Origin: a bacterium BMS3Abin02
GTDB lineage: Bacteria > Actinomycetota > Acidimicrobiia > Spongiisociales > UBA4744
Length of the DNA: 64,000 nucleotides
Reading direction: 5' to 3'
NCBI GenBank assembly: GCA_002897675.1
Contig: BDSU01000003.1
Span: 19,449 to 83,448 of the forward strand
Below are positions 18,834 through 27,445 of this stretch, one piece after another. Below the pieces are notes generated by a model, which was not told the DNA's origin, did not search any database, and worked only from the letters and a program-made list of their open reading frames with translations. The position numbers and the translations under genes were made by a program. Numbering within the stretch: position 1 is the stretch's first letter; each line of letters starts with the position of its first letter.

Positions 18834-20041
18834 GGTCGCGAAGCGGCGAAGCGGGTTTCACCGGTCCTGGCGTCCGGTCCGATCTGCGCGTGAAAGTCGA
18901 GGAACGAGAACGTGGCGGTATCGTCGTCGATCTGGTGTCAAGGGTCGAGGCCTACTACGGGAATGCGATTCGGCGTCAGGTCCGCGACCAACTCGAACAT
19001 CTCGGTCTCGAGAGCGCGCACGTCACGATCAACGACATGGGTGCGCTGCCTTTCACCATCGCCGCACGAGTTGAGACGGCGGCTCGGAGGGCGGGGCTCC
19101 TCGACGAACACCATCTCGATACCCTCTCCGAACCCGACCGCGCTCCGTCCGAGCGGCGGCGATTGCGACGATCACGCCTCTACCTTCCGGGCAACGATCC
19201 GAAGTACATGGTCAATGCGGGCCTCTATGGCTCCGACGCTCTCATCCTCGATCTCGAGGACTCCGTACACCCGGCCGAGAAGGACGGCGCCCGCCTTCTG
19301 GTGGCCAATGCGATCCGGCGCCTGGATTTCGGACCGGCAGAGATCATGGTCCGTATCAATCAACTTCCGGTCGGACTCGAAGACCTCGCGACGGTGATCC
19401 CCAGCGGACCAGACCTGATCCTCGTCCCGAAAGTGGAAGACCCGAGCGAAATCGAAGAGGTCGACCGGACGATTGCCAGGATGCTCGAAGAGCTGGGTTG
19501 GCAGCGGCCGATCTGGATCATGCCGATCCTCGAGTCCGCTCTCGGAGTCGAGATGGCGTTCGACATCGCCCGCTGTTGCGACAGGGTCGTCGCTCTCACC
19601 GTGGGACTCGAAGACTTGACCGCGAACCTCGGTGTGCCCGGATCTGCGAAGGAGCAGGCGACACGATACGCGCGTGCCCGCATTGTGAATGCTGCGGTCG
19701 CCGCAGCCGTTCAGCCGATCGACTCGGTGTTCGCCGACGTGTCCGATCTCGAGGGATTGGCATCCTGGTGCGAGAGATCGAAGGCGCTGGGCTTCGAAGG
19801 AATGGGCTGTCTTCATCCGCGTCAGATCCCGATTGTTCATCAGGCATTCACTCCCACTCCCGAGGAGATCGAGCGGGCGCAAGCGATCGTTGCCGCCTTC
19901 GAGCGGGCACGAGAAGAGGGTTTGGCGATCGTCAGTATTGGTTCCAAGATGATCGACGCCCCGATCGTGCAAAGAGCTGTGAAGGTCGTCGAGCGGGCTC
20001 GAGCGCTGGGCCTCTTGGTGGAAGAGAGGGGTGGGCAATGA
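18830..20041 (+). CDS. citE: Citrate lyase ACP-like domain (CitD) fused to citryl-CoA lyase (CitE)
   Basis: N-terminal YGNAIR...DMGALPFTIAARVETA (CitD-like), then RRSRLYLPGN, LDLEDSV, VRIN, GCLHPRQI. Confidence 0.85.
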   Translation: MRSRSGEAGFTGPGVRSDLRVKVEERERGGIVVDLVSRVEAYYGNAIRRQVRDQLEHLGLESAHVTINDMGALPFTIAARVETAARRAGLLDEHHLDTLSEPDRAPSERRRLRRSRLYLPGNDPKYMVNAGLYGSDALILDLEDSVHPAEKDGARLLVANAIRRLDFGPAEIMVRINQLPVGLEDLATVIPSGPDLILVPKVEDPSEIEEVDRTIARMLEELGWQRPIWIMPILESALGVEMAFDIARCCDRVVALTVGLEDLTANLGVPGSAKEQATRYARARIVNAAVAAAVQPIDSVFADVSDLEGLASWCERSKALGFEGMGCLHPRQIPIVHQAFTPTPEEIERAQAIVAAFERAREEGLAIVSIGSKMIDAPIVQRAVKVVERARALGLLVEERGGQ

Positions 20042-21615
20042 TGGCGGGCTTCACCGAGAACGCCGCGGGTCGGAGGGTTCCGGCCGTCGTGAACGGCCAT
20101 GAGCAGACCCCGTACCGAGGCATCGGCGGCCACCGGCCGGCCGGCAAGAAGGCCGGGCCTCCGATCCGAGTCTCGTCCGACTACCCGGACAACGGAGACA
20201 AACGTGTCGGATCGCTGGAAGTGGCCCTCGAGCTGTGCAGTCTGGCCGATGGGATGGTTGTTTCCACTCATCATCACCTTCGCAACGGTGACCGTGTGGC
20301 TCTCAGCCTCCTCAATGCTGCGAGACGCATGGGGATTCGCGATCTGACCTGGTTTCCGAGTGCGTCATTCCCCTGCCACGAACCGGTGATCGATCTGATG
20401 GAGGCCGGCGTCGTGCATCACATCGAAGGGAGCATGAACGGGCCGCTGGGGGAGTACTGCTCACAGGGGAGGATGCGTGGACTGGGGGTGCTTCGCTCAC
20501 ACGGCGGCCGTTGGCAGGCGATCTCCGATGGCGAAGTGCACATCGATATTGCCGTGATCGCCGCTCCGTGCGCAGACATGTTCGGCAACGCAAACGGTGC
20601 ACAAGGCAAGTCCGCGTGTGGATCTCTCGGCTTCGCTCTGGCAGATTCCCTGTATGCCGATCGAGTCATTGTCGTTACCGACGGACTCGTTCCATTCCCA
20701 TGCGTTCCCTGGCAGATACAGGGCAACAACGTGGACTATGTGGTCGAGGTGGCCTCGATCGGAGATCCGAGCAAGATCGTCTCCGGCACGACCCAGATCA
20801 CGAAAAGCCCGGATCGGCTCAAGATCGCCGAGTACACGGCTCGGTTTGTCAGAGATTCAGGCATCCTGCGCGATGGTTTCTCCTTCCAGGCGGGAGCGGG
20901 GGGCATCTCACTTGCCTTCACCGCGTTCCTCGCCGACATGATGCGAAACTCCGGCGCCACTGCACGGTTCGTCCGCGGTGGCTCCACCCGCGTGCTCGTC
21001 GACATGTTGCGGGAAGGCCTGACCGACTACATCCTCGACGGTCAAACATTCGATCTCAGTGGTGTCCAATCGATTGCGACAGACTCGCGCCACGTGGCGA
21101 CTTCCCCATTCACTTCGTACAACTTCAACGGCAAAGGCAACTTCGCGAGCATGGTCGATGCCGTTGTTCTCGGCGCAACCGAGGTCGACGTCGATTTCAA
21201 CGCCAACGTGGTGACACACTCAGACGGACGTCTACTGCATGGCATCGGCGGATGGCAGAACTGCCTGTTCGCCGGTTGCACGATCTTGGCGATGCCGTCG
21301 TTTCGCGACCGAAATCCCGTCATTCGAGATCGAGTGACCACTCTCACGGGGCCGGGCGAACTCATCGATGTCGTGGTGACCGAGCGGGGTGTCGCCATCA
21401 ATCCGAGGCGCCAGGACCTGATCGATGCAACCAAGGCGTCTGATCTTCCCATCGTCGACATTCGGCACTTGCAGGCCGACGTGGAGCGGATCTGTGGAGG
21501 CAAGCCGGATCCGGCCGCACTGACGGAGCAGCCCGCGGCTGTGATCAAGTGGGTGGACGGCACAGTCCTCGACACCGTGTGGCAAACGGAAAACCGGCGA
21601 ACCCAGGGCTCGTAG
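20038..21615 (+). CDS. citF: Citrate lyase alpha subunit / citrate CoA-transferase
   Basis: STHHHLRNGD, RSHGGR, CGSLGFA, FQAGAGG, LGATEVD, HGIGG, VVTERG; overlaps the upstream stop. Confidence 0.9.
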   Translation: MMAGFTENAAGRRVPAVVNGHEQTPYRGIGGHRPAGKKAGPPIRVSSDYPDNGDKRVGSLEVALELCSLADGMVVSTHHHLRNGDRVALSLLNAARRMGIRDLTWFPSASFPCHEPVIDLMEAGVVHHIEGSMNGPLGEYCSQGRMRGLGVLRSHGGRWQAISDGEVHIDIAVIAAPCADMFGNANGAQGKSACGSLGFALADSLYADRVIVVTDGLVPFPCVPWQIQGNNVDYVVEVASIGDPSKIVSGTTQITKSPDRLKIAEYTARFVRDSGILRDGFSFQAGAGGISLAFTAFLADMMRNSGATARFVRGGSTRVLVDMLREGLTDYILDGQTFDLSGVQSIATDSRHVATSPFTSYNFNGKGNFASMVDAVVLGATEVDVDFNANVVTHSDGRLLHGIGGWQNCLFAGCTILAMPSFRDRNPVIRDRVTTLTGPGELIDVVVTERGVAINPRRQDLIDATKASDLPIVDIRHLQADVERICGGKPDPAALTEQPAAVIKWVDGTVLDTVWQTENRRTQGS

Positions 21616-21629
21616 ATGCGCTGAGCGCA

Positions 21630-21651
21630 CCCCTGAGCCCAGGGTTCGGGG
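21630..21651. terminator. GC-rich hairpin between convergent citF and ftcd
   Basis: CCCTGAGCCC-A-GGGTTCGGGG pairs with G-U wobbles; no clear U tract. Confidence 0.4.
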
Positions 21652-21658
21652 CTCCCGG

Positions 21659-23314
21659 TTACTGATCGCCGGCGATACGGCTCTCCACGGTCGCCAGCAC
21701 CTTGGATGCCAGCGTCCTAGAAGACTCCAATGCAGCGCTTCGTCGAGCTTGCAGGTGTTCTGTTTCGGGATGATCTGGAAGTGAGCTGAGGTTGATGCGT
21801 ACGTTCAGAGACGCACCCTCTGCGGCAGCGAGCGCACACATGGCAGCGACGCCGGTATCGCTGACGGCGCTCTCGTTGCCGCTCTTGGCAACCACCGCCG
21901 CGGCGTCGAGGGCAGCGACGCAATGCTCGATCACTTCGAGAGGGACGATGCTGGCGGTCAGTGTGGCGTCCTGCACGGCACGGTCGCGAGCGAGACGTTC
22001 GGCGTCGGTCTTGCGAGGCAGGCGCATCGCCTCCATCAGCGAGTCGAACGACTCGGTGTCCCGATCGACCGCGTCGAGGAACCAGTCCTTGAGTAGCTGT
22101 GCCGACCGGCCGGTGTCCTCCATCTTGGTGTCGCTCGTCTTGGAGAACGTGAGTGCCGCGACCATCGAAGTCAGTGCCACCGACAGGGAGGCAGCCAACG
22201 CGGCGACACTGCCACCTCCGGGCGTCGGCGTGCCCGCCGAGAGGACGTCGGCGAAGTGTCGAAGCGAGTGGTTGACGAGGCCCGACGGTACCCCTTGATA
22301 TCGGTACTCGATCACTTTGTCTGCCGGATCGAACGGTGAGACATCGTCCAGGCCGAGGCTCAGCGCCGCGATATGCATTCGTTCTGCTTCCGGGACGCCA
22401 GTCGTCTTGCCCTGGGCACGCAAGTAGTGATCCCCGGCGGCAAGCATCGCGCGGCGGGGGACAAGGCCTACGATCTCGCTACCCGTTACGCGCACGCCGA
22501 GCCGGCCGGCCTCCTCGCAAGCCGCGTCGAAGACGGCATGAAGTGAGGTGATGTCTGGATCGGTCAAGTTGAACGACACCTGCGCTCTTCCGTACTCCTC
22601 GATGTACCAGCCGACCCCTCGTAGGTGGGTAAACCGTCCCGGCTCGCGCAGAGCAACACCGTTCGCATCACGTTCGACCTTGCCGTCGGGACCACGTTTT
22701 GGTCGCCCACTTTCCCTGAGAGCGCCGGCGATCCTGTTGGCGATTCTGCGGTCGCGGGTGTTGAGGTTCACGTTGTAGGCAATCAGGAAGTTGCGTGCGC
22801 CGATCGCGATCGCTCCGTTCTTCGCGTTGAATCCGGTCGGACCAAAGTCGGGCTCGTCCTCACGATCGGCAAGCCCTTCGTACTCACCGCGGCGAACGTC
22901 GGCGAGTGATCGGTGCTCCGGGCACGATGCGGCTTCCCCGTACAAGTACACGGGGATTCGGAGTTCGGCTCCAACGCGTTCGCCCAGACGCTGTGCGATC
23001 TGAACGCAATCCTCCATGGAGGCTCCGTCGAGTGGAACGAACGGGCAAACATCGGTGCTTCCCATTCGTGGATGTTCACCATGGTGGGTCCGCATGTCGA
23101 TCAGGTCGGCTGCCTTCTCGATGGCGGCGAACGCGGCTTCCTCCACGGCTTCCGGCGATCCCGCGAACGTCATCACGGTGCGATTCGTGGCAGCCCCAGG
23201 GTCGACATCGAGCAGTGTCACGCCGTCGACGGCGCCGATGACGGCGGCGATCGCATCGATGACACGCCGATCGCTACCTTCGCTGAAGTTGGGAATGCAT
23301 TCGATGAGTTTCAT
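21659..23314 (-). CDS. ftcd: Bifunctional glutamate formimidoyltransferase/formiminotetrahydrofolate cyclodeaminase
   Basis: MKLIECIPNFSEG, HPRMGSTDVCPFVP, GSEIVGL, PTPGGGS; GGAGG before ATG 23314. Confidence 0.92.
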   Translation of the reverse strand: MKLIECIPNFSEGSDRRVIDAIAAVIGAVDGVTLLDVDPGAATNRTVMTFAGSPEAVEEAAFAAIEKAADLIDMRTHHGEHPRMGSTDVCPFVPLDGASMEDCVQIAQRLGERVGAELRIPVYLYGEAASCPEHRSLADVRRGEYEGLADREDEPDFGPTGFNAKNGAIAIGARNFLIAYNVNLNTRDRRIANRIAGALRESGRPKRGPDGKVERDANGVALREPGRFTHLRGVGWYIEEYGRAQVSFNLTDPDITSLHAVFDAACEEAGRLGVRVTGSEIVGLVPRRAMLAAGDHYLRAQGKTTGVPEAERMHIAALSLGLDDVSPFDPADKVIEYRYQGVPSGLVNHSLRHFADVLSAGTPTPGGGSVAALAASLSVALTSMVAALTFSKTSDTKMEDTGRSAQLLKDWFLDAVDRDTESFDSLMEAMRLPRKTDAERLARDRAVQDATLTASIVPLEVIEHCVAALDAAAVVAKSGNESAVSDTGVAAMCALAAAEGASLNVRINLSSLPDHPETEHLQARRSAALESSRTLASKVLATVESRIAGDQ

Positions 23315-23324
23315 ACGACCTCCA

Positions 23325-23576
23325 TCAGAGATCCGGCTCTTCTTCAGGGGACAGGAAGGTCTCCAGCGGTTCGCGGGCAACATAATGTGACGTCATGGAC
23401 TCTTCCCACTCCAGGTACCGTTCCTCGCACCGCACCGAGCAGAACTCGGAACCGGCTTGCCGGGGGGCACCGTCCCAGAGGCACGTCGTGTGGCTCCGCC
23501 GCAACCACGGTGGATCGTACAGGGGATATCGTCCATGACTCCGGCGGTAGTCACCGGGCATCGGCTCGACATCCAT
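23325..23576 (-). CDS. 83-aa putative metal-binding protein (C-x2-D...FCS-x2-C; TRASH/DUF2116-like)
   Basis: MDVEPMPG...TCLWDGAPRQAGSEFCSVRCEERY; GAGGAG 7 nt before ATG, TAGCCT -10 upstream, stop 10 bp before ftcd. Confidence 0.65.
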   Translation of the reverse strand: MDVEPMPGDYRRSHGRYPLYDPPWLRRSHTTCLWDGAPRQAGSEFCSVRCEERYLEWEESMTSHYVAREPLETFLSPEEEPDL

Positions 23577-23735
23577 GGGCGGTCTCCTCGCTGTTCCGAC
23601 CCAGGCTAGAGGCCGCCGGGGCCCGCGTAGGCTCAAACTCGCAAACCCCCGGTGACGGATGGGTGAGACGGACTCTGCAGCCTCGCTTCCGGTGCCGAAG
23701 AAGGAAACTCCTACAGGAAGCCGACCTGTGCTCCG

Positions 23736-23936
23736 ATGTCGAAAGTGATGACCAACCGCACCGAGTTCACGTTCATGTGCACGCGCTGTGGGGAGAAGGC
23801 GGCCGTCGTCAAACAAGGGCGCAAGGTGTTCCTCTGTGCAGTGTGTGCCTCCGACGCCATGTGGCACGATATGGTCGGCGTGATCATCAACGGCCCCGAC
23901 GCTGCTCGAGAGGACGACGGTGGCCGTCAGTCCTGA
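23736..23936 (+). CDS. Small zinc-ribbon protein (CTRC...CAVC)
   Basis: Two CxxC pairs; fills the gap between divergent and convergent neighbours; the start may be ATG 23748. Confidence 0.6.
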   Translation: MSKVMTNRTEFTFMCTRCGEKAAVVKQGRKVFLCAVCASDAMWHDMVGVIINGPDAAREDDGGRQS

Positions 23937-24796
23937 ATGCTCACCAGCCACATGGCGAGCAGGTTCATCACGACTCCGAACACGGTAACAACGATCAGAT
24001 CCTGCCCAACGGTCATCGCGTGTCCGAAGACCTTGATTCCGAGACCGAAGTCGGGAAGCCGATCCAGCACGGCGGCCGGCAACCCCTGGGCGTCCAGGAC
24101 CAACCTCCGGAGTGGGTCGACGGCGTAGGTGATCGGGTTGACCTTGACGAGAACGGTCATCCATGCGGGTAGACCCTGGAGTGGAAAGAACACTCCCGAC
24201 AGGAAGATCAGCGGGAAGGTGACGAACTGGTTCACGACCTGGAATGCCTCGGTGCTTCGCATCCGCGCCGCGAGCGCGACACCCATCCCCGACAGGCCAA
24301 AAGCACCGAGGAACATCACCGGCCAGAGTTGAAGCACGAGAATAGGCGTCAGAGTGACCCCGACGAGCGGGGCGAACAGGAAGACGAGCGTACCTTGAAC
24401 GGTCGCGACCGTGGCACCACCAAGCGTCTTGCCGAACGCCACGGAGGCACGATTGACGGGGGCGACGAGGACCTCTTTGAGGATGCCGAACTCGCGGTCG
24501 TAGACCAGCGAGATGCCGTTGAAGATCGACGCGAAGAACACGTTCATGGCGATGATGCCGGGGAAGATGAACTGCTTGAAGTCGATCGTCGGGCCGCCGG
24601 AGCCCTCCCCGATCAATGATCCCATCGCGCCGCTGAGCCCCACACCAAAGATCAGCAGAAAGATGATCGGCATCCCGAGGGATCCGATGATCCTCGTCTT
24701 GTCTCGCCACCATCGAATGATCTCTCTGCGCCAAATGATGCCGACTGCCGCAATTGACGAGGATGATCGTCCAACACGAGTCCGTGGTGCCGTCAT
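23927..24796 (-). CDS. ABC-2 type exporter permease
   Basis: Six TM pattern, DREFGILKEVLVAP, LSGVFFP, NPITYAVD. Confidence 0.92.
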   Translation of the reverse strand: MTAPRTRVGRSSSSIAAVGIIWRREIIRWWRDKTRIIGSLGMPIIFLLIFGVGLSGAMGSLIGEGSGGPTIDFKQFIFPGIIAMNVFFASIFNGISLVYDREFGILKEVLVAPVNRASVAFGKTLGGATVATVQGTLVFLFAPLVGVTLTPILVLQLWPVMFLGAFGLSGMGVALAARMRSTEAFQVVNQFVTFPLIFLSGVFFPLQGLPAWMTVLVKVNPITYAVDPLRRLVLDAQGLPAAVLDRLPDFGLGIKVFGHAMTVGQDLIVVTVFGVVMNLLAMWLVSIQD

Positions 24797-25782
24797 CCGT
24801 GCCCCCTCCGTCTACGGACCATCATCCTGAGACGATTACGGTTGAGGTCAACCTGATCGAGTTCGGACTCCCGGATCGTTCTTCCTGTCAGCTTCAGAAA
24901 GACGTCATCGAGGGTCGGTCTCCTGAGTTCGATGGCGTCGATACGGCCTTTGAACTCCCGGGCGAGGTGTGGAATGAACGGTGCACCCTCTTGCACCTCG
25001 ATTCGGATGCTGCCGTTCCTCTGCGTTGTCATGACAGGCTCCGTGGAGAGGAAGTCGACGAGATCATTCGAGTCGGGCGTCCTTACGGTGATCACGTCGC
25101 CGCCGACCATGCGCTTGAGACCCTCGGGTGTGTCGAGAGCGACAATGCCCGCGTGGTCCATGATGGCGATTCGATTGCAGAACTCCGCTTCGTCCATGTA
25201 GTGGGTGGTCATGAAGATGGTCGTGCCGGTTTCCTCGCGCAGTCGTTTGATGTGGTCCCACATGTTGCGTCTCGTCTGCGGATCGAGGCCGATCGTCGGC
25301 TCGTCGAGAAAGAGGATCTCGGGAGTGTGCAAGAGCCCCCTCGCTATCTCGAGCCGGCGTTTCATGCCGCCGGAGAACTTCTCGACGATGTCATCGGCTC
25401 GTGAATCGAGGTCGACGAGCTTCAGGAGTTCGTCGATCCGCTCCCTCCGAATCTGCGGGGGGACGTTGTAGAGAACACCGTGGAAGTTGAGGTTCTCACG
25501 GGCCGTGAGGCGGTCGTCGAGGCTTGGCTCCTGAAAGACGATGCCGATCGAAGATCGAACGGCGCTCTGCTCGGATCGGATGTCGTGCCCGGCAACAGTT
25601 GCGGTGCCCGCCGACGGCTTGAGGAGGGTCGTCAGCATCGAGATCGTCGTTGTCTTGCCCGCACCGTTGGGTCCCAGAAAGCCGAACACCTCGCCCTTGT
25701 TCACCCAGAAGTCGACCGCGTCGACCGCAACGAGATTCCCGAAGTGCCTGGTCAGGGCATTCACGTCGATCGCTCGAGTCAT
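24793..25782 (-). CDS. ABC exporter ATP-binding protein (DrrA-like)
   Basis: GPNGAGKTT, FSGGMKRR, LFLDEPT, TTHY. Confidence 0.93.
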   Translation of the reverse strand: MTRAIDVNALTRHFGNLVAVDAVDFWVNKGEVFGFLGPNGAGKTTTISMLTTLLKPSAGTATVAGHDIRSEQSAVRSSIGIVFQEPSLDDRLTARENLNFHGVLYNVPPQIRRERIDELLKLVDLDSRADDIVEKFSGGMKRRLEIARGLLHTPEILFLDEPTIGLDPQTRRNMWDHIKRLREETGTTIFMTTHYMDEAEFCNRIAIMDHAGIVALDTPEGLKRMVGGDVITVRTPDSNDLVDFLSTEPVMTTQRNGSIRIEVQEGAPFIPHLAREFKGRIDAIELRRPTLDDVFLKLTGRTIRESELDQVDLNRNRLRMMVRRRRGHG

Positions 25783-25864
25783 TCCCCCGTCCCTCAGGGC
25801 AAGGTTAGTGCCGTCCAGATGAGTCTCGTTTCACCGATCCGACACAGACCTCTACCGTTGGTGT

Positions 25865-26185
25865 ATGTACCGCCGAACCGGCATCATCCTGGTCATCGTC
25901 GCCGTGGTTCTGAGCGCCTGGATGCTTACGACACCCGTCCGCCATTTCACCGGCTACCTCATCGGCGGAGGTGAAACCGAAAAGCTGTTCACGACCTGCG
26001 GAAAGACGATCGACATCCTTTCCGGCCGATTCGATGAAGAAGTTACGACGCCCGGCGCACGAGGAGACTGCGTGAAGGAGGCACGAGGCCGCGTTGCCTA
26101 CGTGGTCATCGTCGCCGCACCACTGTTGCTGGTCGCAGGATTCGCGATCGCGCGGGGGAGATATCCGAACCTGCCCCTTCCTTGA
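25865..26185 (+). CDS. Hypothetical two-TM membrane protein with a Cys pair in the loop
   Basis: Hydrophobic N- and C-terminal helices flanking TCG...DC. Confidence 0.65.
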   Translation: MYRRTGIILVIVAVVLSAWMLTTPVRHFTGYLIGGGETEKLFTTCGKTIDILSGRFDEEVTTPGARGDCVKEARGRVAYVVIVAAPLLLVAGFAIARGRYPNLPLP

Positions 26186-26239
26186 AGAGATGGCCGCTAC
26201 GTGCTGCTCGGCGGGCACCCGACATGTGGCGCAAACGAT

Positions 26240-27145
26240 CTATCGGGCCTCCGCCCTGGAGGCCAGGAACGCCCCGATGAGCACGACCGCTGTTCCCACG
26301 ATCGACAATGGCGCCACATACTCGCCGTGCAAGAAGACCCCCAGCAGGATCGCCACCACCGGAAGGAAGTAGATGGCGATGGAGGCACGAGTCGCCCCGA
26401 CCCGTCCGGCCAGTACCGTCATCGCGAGGAGCGCGAGTCCCGTTCCGAACACACCCAAGGTCGCGACTGCCGCCAGAGGACCCCATGCGAAGCGTGTCTG
26501 CCCCGCGTGAATCAACCCGAAAGGAGCGACGAGTGCGAGCGCGACGACTTGGGCGCGCAAGATCACCGGGAAAGCGCCGTACCGCTGCTGGAGTGGCACG
26601 GCCAGGTTGACCGACACTCCGTAGGAGATCGTGGCGACAAGCACCAGCAAGGTCCCGCGAAGGACCGATGGCCCCCCTTCGATGCCCGGAACGCCGATCG
26701 CAACGATCCCGACGAGGCCGAGCAATACGCCGATGATCTGGTTGCGGCCAGGCGTCCTACGAAGAAGGAAGGCCGCGATGATTGCGGAGAAAATCGGCAT
26801 CGACCCGTTGAGCATGCCGGCGAGCGAGGATGAGATCCACTGTTGGGCGATCGGGAAGAGGAGCATGGGAAACCCCATCCAGATCACGCCGAGAAGAACG
26901 ATCCGGGGAAGGTCCGCCCGGTCGACCGGTCGCCTCGAGGCAGGAAACAGAGCGAGCGTGACTGCGCCGATGGCGAGGCGAAGCGAGGCGATGAGGGTAG
27001 GGGGAAACCCTTCGAGTCCGATGGCGATGAGGAGGAACGAGGAGCCCCAGATGAGCGCAACCCCTGTGAGCAGACCCCAGTCGGTGAGCGCGAAGGCGGC
27101 TCGCCGGGTCCCCGGTGCAGTCGAGAGGATTGAAGACGCCCTCAT
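26240..27145 (-). CDS. DMT/EamA-family transporter
   Basis: LIWGSSF, two EamA-like repeats, YFLPVVAILLG; start reassigned to ATG 27145. Confidence 0.9.
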   Translation of the reverse strand: MRASSILSTAPGTRRAAFALTDWGLLTGVALIWGSSFLLIAIGLEGFPPTLIASLRLAIGAVTLALFPASRRPVDRADLPRIVLLGVIWMGFPMLLFPIAQQWISSSLAGMLNGSMPIFSAIIAAFLLRRTPGRNQIIGVLLGLVGIVAIGVPGIEGGPSVLRGTLLVLVATISYGVSVNLAVPLQQRYGAFPVILRAQVVALALVAPFGLIHAGQTRFAWGPLAAVATLGVFGTGLALLAMTVLAGRVGATRASIAIYFLPVVAILLGVFLHGEYVAPLSIVGTAVVLIGAFLASRAEAR

Positions 27146-27220
27146 CGACGGCAGCGTAGTGCCTTTGCAGGCAAGGCTCGGAGTGTCGATGTCGAGGCAG
27201 GGCGTCGTGCCACTGCTCGT

Positions 27221-27390
27221 GTATTTCGTACCTTGTGTTTCGCACTTTGCATCTCGAGAACGCACAGACGGGGACGGTGGAACCGTCTCGAGGGTGTCGA
27301 AACGTCGGTCCGGCGTGGCTTTCTGCCGAGATTCACCGATGTGGCTCACCTGTACGTTGATCCGCTTCATGCTTCGTATCGCGACTTGCC
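27221..27390. repeat. Degenerate heptamer run plus a fragment of the dispersed repeat
   Basis: TTTCGTA-CCTTGTG-TTTCGCA-CTTTGCA; GCTTCGTATCGCGAC near 27371 resembles the junction in the copies at 28.7 and 41.5 kb. Confidence 0.55.
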
Positions 27391-27445
27391 CGACAGAAGG
27401 GCGCAAAGGTTCTCTGTCGAGGCATCGATGCGGGGAGTAGGGGCT

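Noticed and set aside
23577-24734. 469-aa minus-strand ORF 23325-24734
   Set aside because: Mostly an alternative frame of the ABC permease; only the last 83 codons look genuine.
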